64,000 nucleotides of DNA, taken from NCBI GenBank assembly GCA_043228905.1, contig JBHGNT010000007.1, positions 7,006,001 through 7,070,000 of the forward strand, in the 5' to 3' direction. The DNA is from Azolla caroliniana. Lineage: Eukaryota; Plantae; Polypodiophyta. The notes under the pieces are model-generated. The model worked only from the letters and a program-made list of their open reading frames with translations, had not been told where the DNA came from and made no database searches. This document shows positions 11,874 through 34,289 of the stretch, piece after piece. Made by a program: the position numbers and the translations under genes. Position 1 is the stretch's first letter, and the number at the start of each line of letters is the position of its first letter.

Positions 11874-13473
11874 TAATAGATATGGCAATGTGAATCAGTT
11901 TGAAGCCTTAAGTAGCATGGTTATTTGAATGGAGAAAATTTGAGTAAGGATGAGGAGAAGATCAAAGCATTGAAGGATGACATCACAAGTGTTCTAAAAA
12001 TAATGAGTATGAGAATCATTCAAGTGAGTGTCCAATCGCCTAATGGTTGGAAGGCTGCCCCTTTCTATTGGTACATAAAGTCTGCATTGATTACTAGAGA
12101 TCTTTCTTTCACCGAGATCTTTGATAGGTGGAATTCCTTTGGTATATTTGGTTCCTCGATTTACCACATCGCAACAAATTTTACTTGCGCATCTCATGAT
12201 AAGCTACAAGTCTATAGTGCATATTCAGGAAAACAGGGACCTTGTTTGGTATAATGTTTGAACTTGCCAACTGGGAAATTTGATAAAAGTGCGCAAAATT
12301 CTGATGGGAAATATGTTTAACCGGACACCAAATTGCTACAGACCGGTAGTACTTCAAGAAAAGATTCTGGAATCAGTAGCCTCATTCACTTGCCGGTTAG
12401 AAATAGCGATGAAGGGAATTGAAAATTTAAAATTCCTTGATGTTTATCTGCCCATGTGTATGAAAGACAAATTGTATTCTTATCACTTAATTGAAGTCTA
12501 CTGTAATATTCCTCATGTTAACGTATAATTTATATACCCCAATTGTAAGGAGGTATATTGCATTGTGTGATAACTACTTTTGGTGATGTAAAAAAATATT
12601 CAGATCATAGACCCTTATCATTGAGGTGAATGACTGGTATCAATCTTTTCAACTCCAGTGATATTGGAGCTTTTAGGTAAAGTCTACATCTTGAAGAATA
12701 CTACTTCTTAGTTTGTAAGCTAACATGGTGCAAATTGTGTAATTAGATACTTTAGGTATTGGTCATTATCGGAGCATGCCTAACATTAAACATCTCTAAC
12801 TTTGTTCCCTTTTTATGGAATCATCAATGTATAAACCCACGCATACTAAATTTCCAGCCCCAACTTGAATGAGCATAAAGAGTGACCTAAATATATGTAG
12901 AGCCTAATGACCTTGTGACACCAACTTTAATCATAAAATTATTTTCTATGCTACATATAATCCCAAGTTGACAATTCTTGAACAAATGAAACATTCAACA
13001 ATATCAAAACATTCTTTCTACACATGTTAGCGATAGCTATTTGCTAATGGCACATATTGATTGGTAAAGAGCAATGAGAGATATCATAGGAATTTTTGGG
13101 AATGCCCAAGGATAGTTTGTTTGAATGAAATGTTTGCTTGAATGCCCTTTGCGTTTTTGTAGATAAGGATGGAAAGAATCATTGTCAGAATTCTAAGGAT
13201 ACCTTTGGGCTACAATGGCACCAAAAAACTAAGATGAGCTTAGATCATTGGTAAATTTAAGGTGATAGTTGAATGGTGAAGCCAAAAAACAAGCATGGAT
13301 GGTAGAATAGTGCTTGCTCCTAAATCACATTCTTCACACATCTTTGGTCTATTTCTTATATTGTTTGGAAGTATTTCAACATTGGAGAAAAGAGATTGGT
13401 ATTGCTATGACGTAGATTTTCTACAACATTCAACTCAATAGATTCTACATATTGTAGTAACAATTTCCAAAAT

Positions 13474-13681
13474 ATTGTGGTAATTGCAAACAAGTATGAC
13501 ACCGTTCCCTAATATAGTCGAGTCTTGTCAAGCACATGTGAAAGCCTAGAATGTACGCAGGTTGTATATTTATTATGTTGAAGTAAAAATTGTGGTAAAT
13601 TCTAACAAGTATGAAATTGTTCCCAAATGGTCAAGTCTTGTCAAGTGTAAATGAAAGCCTAGAATCTATATAGGTTGTATA
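13474..13681. repeat. Diverged ~115-bp tandem duplication
   Basis: attgtggtaa...aacaagtatga...agtcttgtcaag...tgaaagcctagaat...aggttgtata at 13474 and 13589. Confidence 0.8.
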
Positions 13682-16296
13682 CATTCTGCCGGAGTACATT
13701 TAGAGTGTTGCTTTATCTCAAAGACGATATGTCCTACTTTATTGAACTCAGATGTTCAACAAAGGAGGGAGAAGACAAGCTTCCAAGCTTACTTTTTTGA
13801 ATTACATTGAACAACAATGGAGGAGACAAACTCAAGCGTAAAGATCTATCAACTTGGGGAGATCTGTGGAATGAGAATGCCTACATCAAGAAACCAAAAT
13901 GTGCCGCCTATTAGAACTAGAATTTAGCTAGAGGAAGTTAATCTATCCTATATTCATGTTAGAAGGTCCTTGCCTTGAATGCCTAACAAGTTGTGTATTG
14001 AGAGGAGGCTCGGGAAATCCCATCCCCACCCTTTTACACCAAGGCACTTGACAAGATTTGGAATACTAATTGGTCCACTACCAATGGAGTTATAGGTTCA
14101 AATAAATTTTATGCCCCAATACTGTCCCCCCAAATAGGATGTGTCCTAGATGTGGGGCCAAGCTAGATACCCTTTTTCATTTGTTCTCCTCACCTATTAG
14201 AATTACATACAAACAATATCTATGAGTTATGTGATAGATATTTAGCAAAACTATTGACAAGGTAGGGGACACACATTGCGACAATAGTTCAAGTCAATTA
14301 TCTACACGCGTGCTTTGCAAAGTAATGTCTCAAAATCTTCAAATGAACAAACATGTAAATATTGGCTTAAATACACTAGGACAAACAAGCATAATGATGA
14401 GATGACACGAGTGAGGGAAAATTCCGTGAACAACTTGGGTTATTTTGTGTCAATATGATAAGGTGGTATATCAAAATTCAAAAGGTTGCCCATTGCATCA
14501 CATGATAAAGGTTATGTGCTTTATCGTGGTTGACACGTACCATACTTTTTGTTGTTGCTATCATGGTTGAAATGCTAGAAGATAAACATGAATTGATTAG
14601 GATCATGTGTTGACAACGACAAAATAATACACATACCTTACATGGTGAATTCTCGCTCCCTTTTTCTTCTTCGATTAAACAAAAATAGGTGGAAATTCTG
14701 TGGATAGTGACTATTCACACATTTTGGTACGTTGATGGCATCTAGGCAACTACGTTTAACTTGACATCTAAACCTTCAATATAATGCAATGTGTGAATTA
14801 TAATTCTTAATTGTCCCACAGTAGGGCCACTAACTGCCAAGGTTCTACTCATTGTTCCATGGTCTTGATGTTGCACTAATGCACTTGTTGATTAACATCA
14901 AAACCAATGCTTCCATCAAGGCAACATGTCATTGCTTACCATTGATTAAATAATATGGCATTGAACGTTAATTAAGTAATGCATCACTAACTATTCCATG
15001 CAAGGCTAATGACATAATGTATCACACATGATTTAGTTCAATGTTAAATTGGTCAATGATCTATAACTTTAAACCAACAACGTAACATGCGATTTTAGAT
15101 AATGAAGGCATTCGATTCTTGGCATTTCCGGATGAGAGCAAAGCAGAAAGTGCCAGCCCTGCACGTTGACAAAGAATACCGTGAAAAGGAGATCCACAAG
15201 TGTGTGCAGAGTCTTTTTGACAAGACAAAAGAACGGGAGTTGGGATGGAAAACAAATAAAGAAAAAAAGAGTAAGAAAAAGAAGGATTGGTACATACATA
15301 CACATATACATACATGATACATACATACATACATACGGATACGTATGTACACAAAATACGTATACGCCTAGATATTAGAAGGATATTTTTGACACATTTT
15401 GAAGAGTACTACCGTTTGGTGAAGACGATCCCCTCTTCCCTTCCCTTTTCCTTTTCCTTTTCCTTTTCCTTTCTGTCTTTCCTTTCAGAAATCCTTCCAT
15501 TCCATTTCTACAGTTAAATAAAAGTTACATTTTGATTTGCAGGTAAGGTTGATTTCTGCTTCTAATGGTTTCAAGAGTTGGGTCGTTCATGACTTTTATC
15601 TTTTCTTTGATTATGATTCTTCGCTTTGTTTTCTTTTCCACGTTATATTTTTTGCCCATTTTCTGTCTGTCTGCCTGCTGTTGCCATGTTAGCCCCAAAT
15701 TTGTTGATTGCAAGAGTTTGAAGACCCCAATTCATATCTATCTATTGAATCAATAATGCACTGAGGACGATTGAAAACAATAAGATCCCATTTGATCTAT
15801 GCAGGATTTGGATAAATTCTGTGGTCAATTCATCCACCCCCTTGATTCCTCAATTTACTCGTGCTATTCTTTTATATAGGCAAAAATATCATCTCTTCTC
15901 TCTCCTATGAGGTTTGTTTGAACAAGGGGCATTCTGGGAATTAATCGAAACTTGGAGTATTCCAGGAAATAATGATTTGGGGAACCTAAACTCACTTGGG
16001 TGAGTGATGGATGATGATCTCAAATGACATGAGCATGGGACATTATAGAGAGATTTGAATACATAATCTTAACATCATTGGCATATACAAAACTAAGTGT
16101 TTTCCATCTTTTGCCTAAGGATTCCATCATTACATCACATCATGTCTTTTTCTGGTGTTAAAACAAACATATTTGGTCTTACTTCGAACCTGAAGAAGGG
16201 GGACAAGTTCACGAGGAAGAGAAGAGAAGAGAAGAGAAGACACACACGGGTTAGTCGGGACTGGTTCTAGGATCTCTTTCATAAAGAGAAACGAAA

Positions 16297-18162
16297 ATGA
16301 GCAAATCCACTACATCTCCTAAGGGTGATGAAATAAAGAGTAACCATACTGGAGGACCATCGAGTCGTCATTTCGCTATATATGATGTGAAAGGGACAAA
16401 GGCACAAATACGAAACATATTTGATGCTTGTGAGCGAGGTGACCACAAGGCAGTCATGAGTTATGCAAAGGAAAAGAACTTCGATATTGAAGCCAAGGTA
16501 TCATCATGATTCCACACGAAATGTCCTCTCTCAAATCATAAGAATTAAATCAACAACAACAAAAAAACATTGTTCTCGATAGGGAAGAAAACAACTTAAC
16601 CCACATAACTTACCTCGTTCACATTATGTTTAACTATATGGTGGAACACAGTGCACACATCTAATCCATGAAAAACATAACAAGCCTACCTAAATTGTAA
16701 AGTGATCAATAAACTATAATGGCAAGATAGCTATGACTTTTCATAATCACCCCACTCCAAATGTATGTAAAGGTCAATGCACTCACAACTAGGGGGATGC
16801 GAGCATATTTCATCACAACAAATTAGATTAAAAAATTAGTAAGATGGAGTATTTACATTTAGGGTTTAAGGTTTAAGGGATTTAAATGTGAATATGAAGA
16901 ACTAGATATATATCTATCTAATATCCACATGAGACTAAATGCAATCTATGATTGAGAGAATGTGCGTGAGTATGTGTTTTAGGATTTACATTCCATAGTT
17001 GAGATATATCCAACTTTTTTACGAAGTGGATACTTTTGTTGCATACTTCATGCAAGAATATATGCTCAAATGTTCTTTGAGGTGGTGTTCCATCCTAATG
17101 GCATGCAAATTTTGGTAAACTTAAAAAATCCATAATACATCTTTATTAAATAACATTGGAGATTGACATTTGGATTTGTTTAGGATCGATATGGAAGAAC
17201 CGCACTAATTTGGGCTGCTGATTGTGGGCATTTTCATATTTGTGAATCCATTATTAGGCTAAATGCTAACATTAATACAACAGATTCACACACGGGCAGG
17301 TATGTTATTTAATTTGCATCTTCATTACACGTCTCCGAGGTTAGTACATGAGGGAAAACTCTCATATACATAGGTGAATGTTTCCTCTTCCTTTAATGCC
17401 CCTAACTTTTTGTTGTTTCTCCAAATGTCCTTGGATCAACCCCGAATGAAGAGGAAAATGGGATGGAGTAACCACATAATTAAGAGGGAAGGGTGTGAGT
17501 TGATCTTATAGCACTTCAAATTGATCCAAACTAGGGTTGACCAAGGACATTTGGCGAAATAATGAAAACCTAGGGTATTTCGAAGTTTGCTCCTAATTTG
17601 TTTTATTTTATTTTATTTTATTGGGGGAGGGGGGGTGCTGGGGAATTCTACAAAAACATGTTAATCCAATATATGGTCAGGTGTGCAATACATTGGGCTG
17701 CTAGAACAGGAAGCTTACCAATTGTCCGTATCCTTGAATAAAAGAGAGTTTTCTTGTTCTCAATGTTTATTTTATTTAAAGAACTTGTCACGCTAAGACA
17801 TGTTAAACTCTAGTGCAACACCTCCAAAGGAATAACAAAGGCTAAAAGCAAAATAGGAAGGTTCTTTTTATGAATGTGTGCTACCATTCCATGTATCTAC
17901 TCCTTAATGTGTGTAATTCTCAGGCTTACTCATCCAATATGGTGCAAATATGAATAAAGAAGATAAGTATGGGCTAACACCTTTATACCTTGCCAAGTCA
18001 AGAGGTGTGGAAGGTGAAGAGGTATTTCAATACTTACTATCCGAAGGAGCCCCATACAATGAACTTAAGTCTTTCAGTGTTTCTGTGATTGAGGATCAAA
18101 TCCGTGCTGAGATGGCTGCACTTGAGGATAGTGGTAGTCAAGAGAAAAAGCAATTAGAGTGA
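16297..18162 (+). CDS. Small ankyrin-repeat protein, 200 aa, 4 exons
   Basis: Exons 16297-16497, 17184-17299, 17681-17727 and 17924-18162, all GT-AG, 603 nt in frame. Ankyrin motifs: IFDACERGD, DRYGRTALIWAADCGH, TGRCAIHWAARTGSLPIVRLLIQYGAN, DKYGLTPLYLA. Confidence 0.88.
17395..17579. mobile_element. MITE-like foldback in ankyrin intron 2
   Basis: ~40-bp imperfect inverted repeats: cccta...tttctccaaatgtccttggatcaaccc and gggttgaccaaggacatttggcgaaa...taggg. No clear TSD. Confidence 0.6.
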
Positions 18163-20263
18163 AATAAATAATTAAGTATTTACATATATCTCTTTGTGTG
18201 TGTGGAAAAACCTATCTTTGTTCATGAAGAGTTTAATTACACCTACTTACCATGATAAGTTATTTACATTGAAGGGATGCTTTGTGTAGAGAAATCTTGG
18301 ATTCACATTAAAGAAAATAATGGAAATGTTTCTACCGAATCCTTAACATCTAAACATTGAAATAAATTGAACCTTTCGTTAAAAACACCCCAAAATTTCG
18401 AAACTTTTGCAAAAAAAAAAACAAATGATGGTGGTCACTACAACCCAAATGGTTCCTTTATGTCAACAAATATCAAGATTATATAAGACAAAAGGGAGAT
18501 GACGTCATAATACATGAGTTGAAATAGAATTTGGTTATTCTTTGTTAGTGGATATATACTCAAATTCATATAATCCAAAACACAAACTCAGACTAGGAAA
18601 CTTGCTACACATCTCAAAGGATATCAAACGTCATCTAAATGATCTCTTCATATATTAATTCTAGCTGTACGAAACAAGTATAGTGACATAATCATTCATA
18701 GCTTTCCTAACAAAATAGAAGTATGCATGATGCATATGAAATGTGCAAATGATCCAATTTGCATCATGCATCATGTTCTATATCATATCCAAGTTGCGTA
18801 TGAAATGGACACCCTTTTTCCTTCTTCATTGACGCAAGGAAGAACAATACCACCTTGTATTACATTATACTTATAGAACACTCTCACTCTAAAGAGAAGA
18901 TTTAAGCTGTATATGATAAGCAGCTCTGGGCTAGCAACACAACGGTCTGTAATGTTCTCACATTAAACAATATCGGTACTTCCAACTAAATGCAAGGATG
19001 TGGTCAATTAGCTCTAGAAATACTTTTCAATCCAACCAAAATTGCATTGAACATAGAAGGCATTGGAAACTCAAGGTAAAAATAGGATTTCGTAATGTGG
19101 GGACAGCTAAGATCATTTCTCGCCACATTAAAGATTTTCCAGAAGGTCTTAATTACCCTAAACCATGCACAAAGTTAACTCAATGCTGAGAATTGTACCA
19201 AAAGCCATTTTAACTACTCAACTTTTGATATCAATATTTAAACCTTACAGATGTTACAAATGCCCCACACATCATTGGATAGTACTTCAAACACAAAGTT
19301 GAAGGGCACAAGGAGAATTCAGTGCATGTCCTGACTGCCATTATAAATCCCTCGTTCTATAACCTGACCATTTCATTAAAAAACACATTGATTTCAGTCA
19401 CACAGTCAGCAAAAAAATAGCACACATGTTCTAAAAGGACATGGAAGCACAGAGTAAATACATATTTATAACTTCATTTCCATAATCATCTTCTCTAGAG
19501 ACATGGCGTTCATGATTTCATTTGATTCTATCCATACAAATACATGTGCTTTACAATCATTAATACAATGTAACAAATGCAATTTTTTCATACAAAGACT
19601 AGCTCATTAAATGAGTTTTTACTCTGAAGCACTTATTGATCTGCAATCATCGAGTACAAGGCCAGAATTGTACAAACGAATTTTTAAAGGGGAATTTCCA
19701 ACATACTTATGTTCTCACAATGATGCTCTTTAACAAAATTTGAGAAATAGATTGTGCTTGATGACATAGAAGGGAATGTATGTATACCACATAGGTCAGA
19801 ATAGATCCCCGAATCTAATGAAGGAAAATGTACTTGAATAATGCAATACAACTGACCAGTTGAGGTTGTGAAACAATGGTCACCACCGGATATGCATGTA
19901 AAATTTCATTCACCAGGCTCTCAAAACTGAAATTTGAGAAAAGTGCTTACATGATTGAAAATAGTGGAGAAATTTGCGTGAAAATCCTTCCACTTGTCAT
20001 CTCAAGAAAGCAACCAACCACTATAAGCAAAAAACAATTATATGCCCCCCTCCCCCCACACACAACAGGGTAACAGTTATATGGTCATTCATCCTGTTGT
20101 GATCTAATCAATCAAATCTCTCCTCGCCATTTCAAGAGAAACTTTTAATTCCTTTACAACAAAAATGGCCTCACCTCTCATAATTTTCTACAATCATCTT
20201 TACATATTACACCCATGAGGAGGTGGATGAACCGTCTTTCTTGATTAATCAACTTACATAGCA

Positions 20264-29802
<9,539 letters not shown>

Positions 29803-29821
29803 GGCTGTGTAGAAGAGAGAG

Positions 29822-30309
29822 GGGGAAACGAACCAATTTCTTGAGAGAGAGAGAGAAAGAGAAAGAGAAGAAGAGGAAGAGGAAGAAAGGGGAGAAAATG
29901 AAGCAGAAAAAGTTAGGAAAAGATGAAGAAAGACAGGAATGGGAGGGGGGGATTGAGAGACGACGGTTCGATGCAGAAGAAAAGAGTTTCGGCGAAGATG
30001 GAGATTTTGTACAGGAGAAGAAGAAAGGAAAGGAAAGGAAAGGAAAGGAAAGGAGGAGATGAGCGATGGCGATCTCTGCAGGGGGGAGCAGAAAGGAAGG
30101 GGGAAAGAAGAAGAAGAAGAAAGTATGTACCTTTTCTCCTCCTCCTCTTCTTCTTCTTCTTCTTCTTCTTCTTCTTCTCCTTCTCTTTCTCTTTCTTTTC
30201 TCTCTCTTTCTCCTCCAAGCCCTATTTTGTAAATTACAAAAAATGTTTTTTTATTATTATTCATTTTTCTTTGTTTTGTTTCTATTTAAATATGTATATG
30301 TATCACCAT

Positions 30310-30352
<43 letters not shown>
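29822..30352. repeat. GA/CT/CTT/GT microsatellite-rich CUL1 5'UTR-promoter
   Basis: (GA)n, (GGAAA)n, (CTT)n and (GT)~20 are visible directly upstream of the CUL1 ATG. Confidence 0.8.
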
Positions 30353-30353
<1 letters not shown>

Positions 30354-30361
30354 GTGTGGGG

Positions 30362-31140
30362 ATTTCCTCTAGTGACAATTTACTTGCTTTCTGGCCCCCT
30401 AGATTCGACTCGAGTGACTTGGGGGCGAAACCATACTTGCAGGAGAACACCAACCGAAGATGCCCCCGCCCCGCCCCCTCCTCACTGTAGCATGTAATCT
30501 ATGAATGCCCAAGCGTATAAACCTGCAGGTGTGGAAGACAAAAAAAAAAGCAGGTGGAGCGGAATTTCCTCTTGTGATAGTTTGCTTGCTTTCTAGAGGT
30601 TCGACTTGAGTGACCTAGGGCAAGACCAAACTTGCATGGGGACATCGACCGAAGATGCCCCTTGCCCCCTCACCATCTTCGTAGCATGTAATCTATGAAT
30701 GCCCAAGTGTATAAACCTGCAAGCGTGGAAGACAAAAAAAAAAGCAGGTGGAGCGAAATTTCCTCTAGTGATAGTTTGCTTGCTTTCTAGAGGTTCGACT
30801 TTAGTGACCTAGGGCAAGACCAGACTTGAGTGACCTAGGGCAAGACCAGACTTGCATGGGGACATCGACCGGAGATGCCCCTTGCCCCCTCCTCACCATC
30901 TTCGTAGCATGTAATCTATGAATGCCCAAGCGTAGCAAGCATGGAAGACAAAAAAAGAGAGCAGGTGGAGCGAAATTTCCTCTAGTGATAGTTTGCTTGC
31001 TTTCTAGAGGTTCGACTTGAATGACCTAGTGCGAGACCAAACTTGCAGGGCCTAGCCCCTCCTCACCATCTTCGTAGCATGTAGTCTATGAATGCCCAAG
31101 CGTGTAAATTTGCAGGCATGGAATACAAAAAAAAAGGGGG
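30362..31140. repeat. Tandem array of four ~200-bp units upstream of CUL1
   Basis: Units begin atttcctct.gtga at 30362, 30564, 30758 and 30975. Each has gtagcatgta.tctatgaatgcccaag and an A-run near its end. Confidence 0.92.
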
Positions 31141-32946
31141 TGTAGGGGGAGCACAGATATTCTATTTGTCATCATCATAAATGACTTATGAGACTAAAAA
31201 TGAAACATTTTCACTGTACATATGCGGAGTTCAAAAACTTATTAGTGTCCTCCGATGCATCCCAATGCCCCATCTCACATTGTGGGTGTGCGCGTCCGTT
31301 CAATACCCTTGTGGTAAATCTATGAGAATTGAAGGCACATTTTGCAATAAAGAGAGATCGATAAATAGATTCTATTATCGTCTTCGGATGTCAAATATGA
31401 CCTATGAGACCAAAAATATTACATTTCACGTGAGTTACATGTGAAAGTGAGTAGCACTCTCAACGTTCAAGAACTTTACCAATGAATGTTGCAATTAAGA
31501 GTGCAGATTGTAGTTGTGAGAGAAAGTCATGCAAGGATTGGCCTTGGTCGAAGATGTGTGGAAAGCACGCTCGAATATGATCAAAGGTAGAGAGAGCATT
31601 GTATCAAAGTGTAATACTCTGACTCTCAAGCTTGTTTAGGGCAAAGTGTGCACAATCAACCACTCTCGTCACTTGATATGCCCCAACGCCCCATCTCACA
31701 TTGTAATGCATGTGAGCTACGTCGCATGGAACCAATGGTTCGAATGTCAAACAATGGGATGGGCTCTAACATGTGTCGATGTTGTTAAAGCTAGATCCTA
31801 ATGTAAGCATATGATAAGGATATAAGAGATAGAAAACAAAGGAGTGATAGAAAGGAGGGTGTCGATCCACCCGACCACCCTCGAGCGAAGGGATCGAAAC
31901 GGACTTGAGCCTTGATCGGCGTCCCACACCACCGTTGTGGCGTTGAGTCGTACCTGGTACTGACGCGCTCGCCACAAGAGTTTGATCACAATGAGTTTAG
32001 AGTCTCGACGTAGTCAAGAGATGTCAAATGAGGATAGCTAGGCCTCATATTTATAGCCAAACCTAAGGCCCCTTGGCAAGTTCACACTTGACCTTAATGG
32101 GTTATCTCAATCCCAAGGATTCGAAGTAATCCTTCCCTTCTTTACACTCTCGTTTAACCCTCACACTTTATCCACGTGTATAGAATACTATGGTGTACAA
32201 TCTTACCACAAGATATTATATGGTCATGCCCGTAACATACTCCCCCCCTTTTTAAAACATTGCACTCTTGCAATGGAAAGTTAGGGAAGTTAGTTTTAAG
32301 AGTATTTTCTCATTCCCATGTAGCATCTTGTATAAACTTATTCATCCATTTAATTTTAAAGTCTTCGATTATTTTAGAATGCAAATTTTTTGTTTTAACA
32401 TTGAGAATTATTTCTGGTAGATGTGGTTTAGAATATAATTCTTTAGAAGTAACCAAAGTTTCGGTTGTGACTGTACCGTTTTTATATTATATCGTGCAAT
32501 ATGCAACATATCTTGCATATCCCGAAGAAAGGTTTGTGTACTTCGCAACTCATCATGATGTATATTAACATCAATCGGGGCTCGTGGCGAAAAACCATAC
32601 ATCAACATAAAAGAACTATATCGTGTCCATGTATGTTTGGAGTTGTTATAAGCAAACTCCAAATTTGGGAGATAACGTTTCCATTTTGTTGGCTTTGCAC
32701 CAATGTATGCTTGAAGCATGTCCTCAATAATTTGATTTACTCGTTTTGTCTATCCATCAGATTGAGGATGATCCGTGGAGCTCATGCTCAATGTAGTTTC
32801 TATCTTTGTAAAGACTTGCGTCCAAAAGTCGCTAGTAAACTCTAGATCTTCATCACTCACGATATCCATGGGTAACCCGTAAAAACGAAATAACTCATCA
32901 ACGAATTGGTAAGCCAATTCAGGAGTTGTTATCGTGGTCTTAGTAG

Positions 32947-34289
32947 CAATAAATCTAACCATTTTAGTTAGTCTATCAACCACAACCCATATGACATCAT
33001 GGCCTTTTTGGGTGCGAGGAAGGTTAACAATAAAATCCATGGATATACTTTCCCACTTATTGTTGGGAATTTCCAAGGGATGTAAAAGTTCAGTGGCTTT
33101 AAGTCGCTCGACTTTGTTAACTTGACATTGGTGACATTTAGTCACATAGCTATGTATATCAAGATGCATCTTAGCCCAATAGAATTGAGTGGAAATGAGA
33201 ACGAGTGTGTGATGTATTCCAGGGTGCCCTCCTAAGGGTGCATCATGGCATTAAAAAAGAATTCTCTTTTTGACCTCATGCACATCTGGAACACAAACCT
33301 TCCCATTACGGTAGAGCAAACCGTTAGCAATGTTGAAGGATTCCTTCGAGGTTGTGGTGATGTCTGTTCCAAACTCAACTCTTGCCCAGTATTTTCCAAA
33401 ATAACTGTCATCAAGATACTTTCCTCAAAGGTGATAATAAAGATCTAATGTTATTTCAGTGAAGCTAAGCATGTTAACTTCACGGATGCGACTCGGTGCA
33501 TTGGCGATAGTGTTCATGGAACCTTTACGATATTGTATGGAAAAATCAGAGTCTTGGATGAGATCTGTCCATCGTGCCTTATGACCTTTAAGGTCTTGTT
33601 GGTCACAAAAATATTTCAATAAATCTTGCCATTTTAGTTAGTCTATCAACCACAACCCATATGACATCATGGCCTTTTTGGGTGCGAGGAAGGTTAACAA
33701 TAAAATCCATGGATATACTTTCCCACTTATTGTTGGGAATTTCCAAGGGATGTAAAAGTCCAGTGGCTTTAAGTCGCTCGACTTTGTTAACTTGACATTG
33801 GTGACATTTAGTCACATAGCTATGTATATCAAGATGCATCTTAGCCCAATAGAATTGAGTGGAAATGAGAACGAGTGTGTGATGTATTCCAGGGTGCCCT
33901 CCTAAGGGTGCATCATGGCATTAAAAAAGAATTCCCTTTTTGACCTCATGCAAATCTGGAACACAAACCTTCCCATTACGGTAGAGCAAACCGTTAGCAA
34001 TGTCGAAGGATTCCTTCGAGGTTGTGGTGATGTCTGTTCCAAACTCAACCCTTGCCCATTATTTTCCAAAATAACTGTCATTAAGATACTTTCCTCGAAG
34101 GTGATAATAAAGATCTAATGTTATTTCAGTGAAGCTAAGCATGTTAACTTCACGGATGCGACTCGATGCATTGGCGATAGTGTTCATGGAACCTTTACGA
34201 TATTGTATGGAAAAATCAGAGTCTTGGATGAGATCTGTCCATCGTGCCTTATGAACTTTAAGGTCTTGTTGGTCACAAAAATATTTCAA
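32947..34289. repeat. 670-bp tandem duplication within chromovirus pol (RH-INT junction)
   Basis: Sequence recurs at offset 670 (attttagtta at 32961 and 33631; ggtcacaaaaatatttcaa at 33601 and 34271). The ORF MHLDIHSYVTKCHQC is duplicated. Confidence 0.95.

Noticed and set aside
12250-15050. Possible decayed TE coding remnants
   Set aside because: No motif, termini or TSD could be identified by eye.
15911-16170. Tourist-like MITE (gtttgtttgaaca...tgttaaaacaaac) upstream of the ankyrin gene
   Set aside because: The inverted repeat is short and imperfect in AT-rich DNA, with no TSD.
16857-16885. tttagggtttaaggtttaaggg telomere-like tract in ankyrin intron 1
   Set aside because: Only one perfect unit and no associated junction.
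18723-18776. Imperfect hairpin as a possible miRNA precursor
   Set aside because: Short, built from low-complexity ATGCAT repeats, with no 21-bp duplex.
29803-30497. Long N-terminal extension of CUL1 and overlapping poly-E/K/F ORFs
   Set aside because: These come from simple repeats; cullin homology starts at [13 protein letters not shown] (29802).
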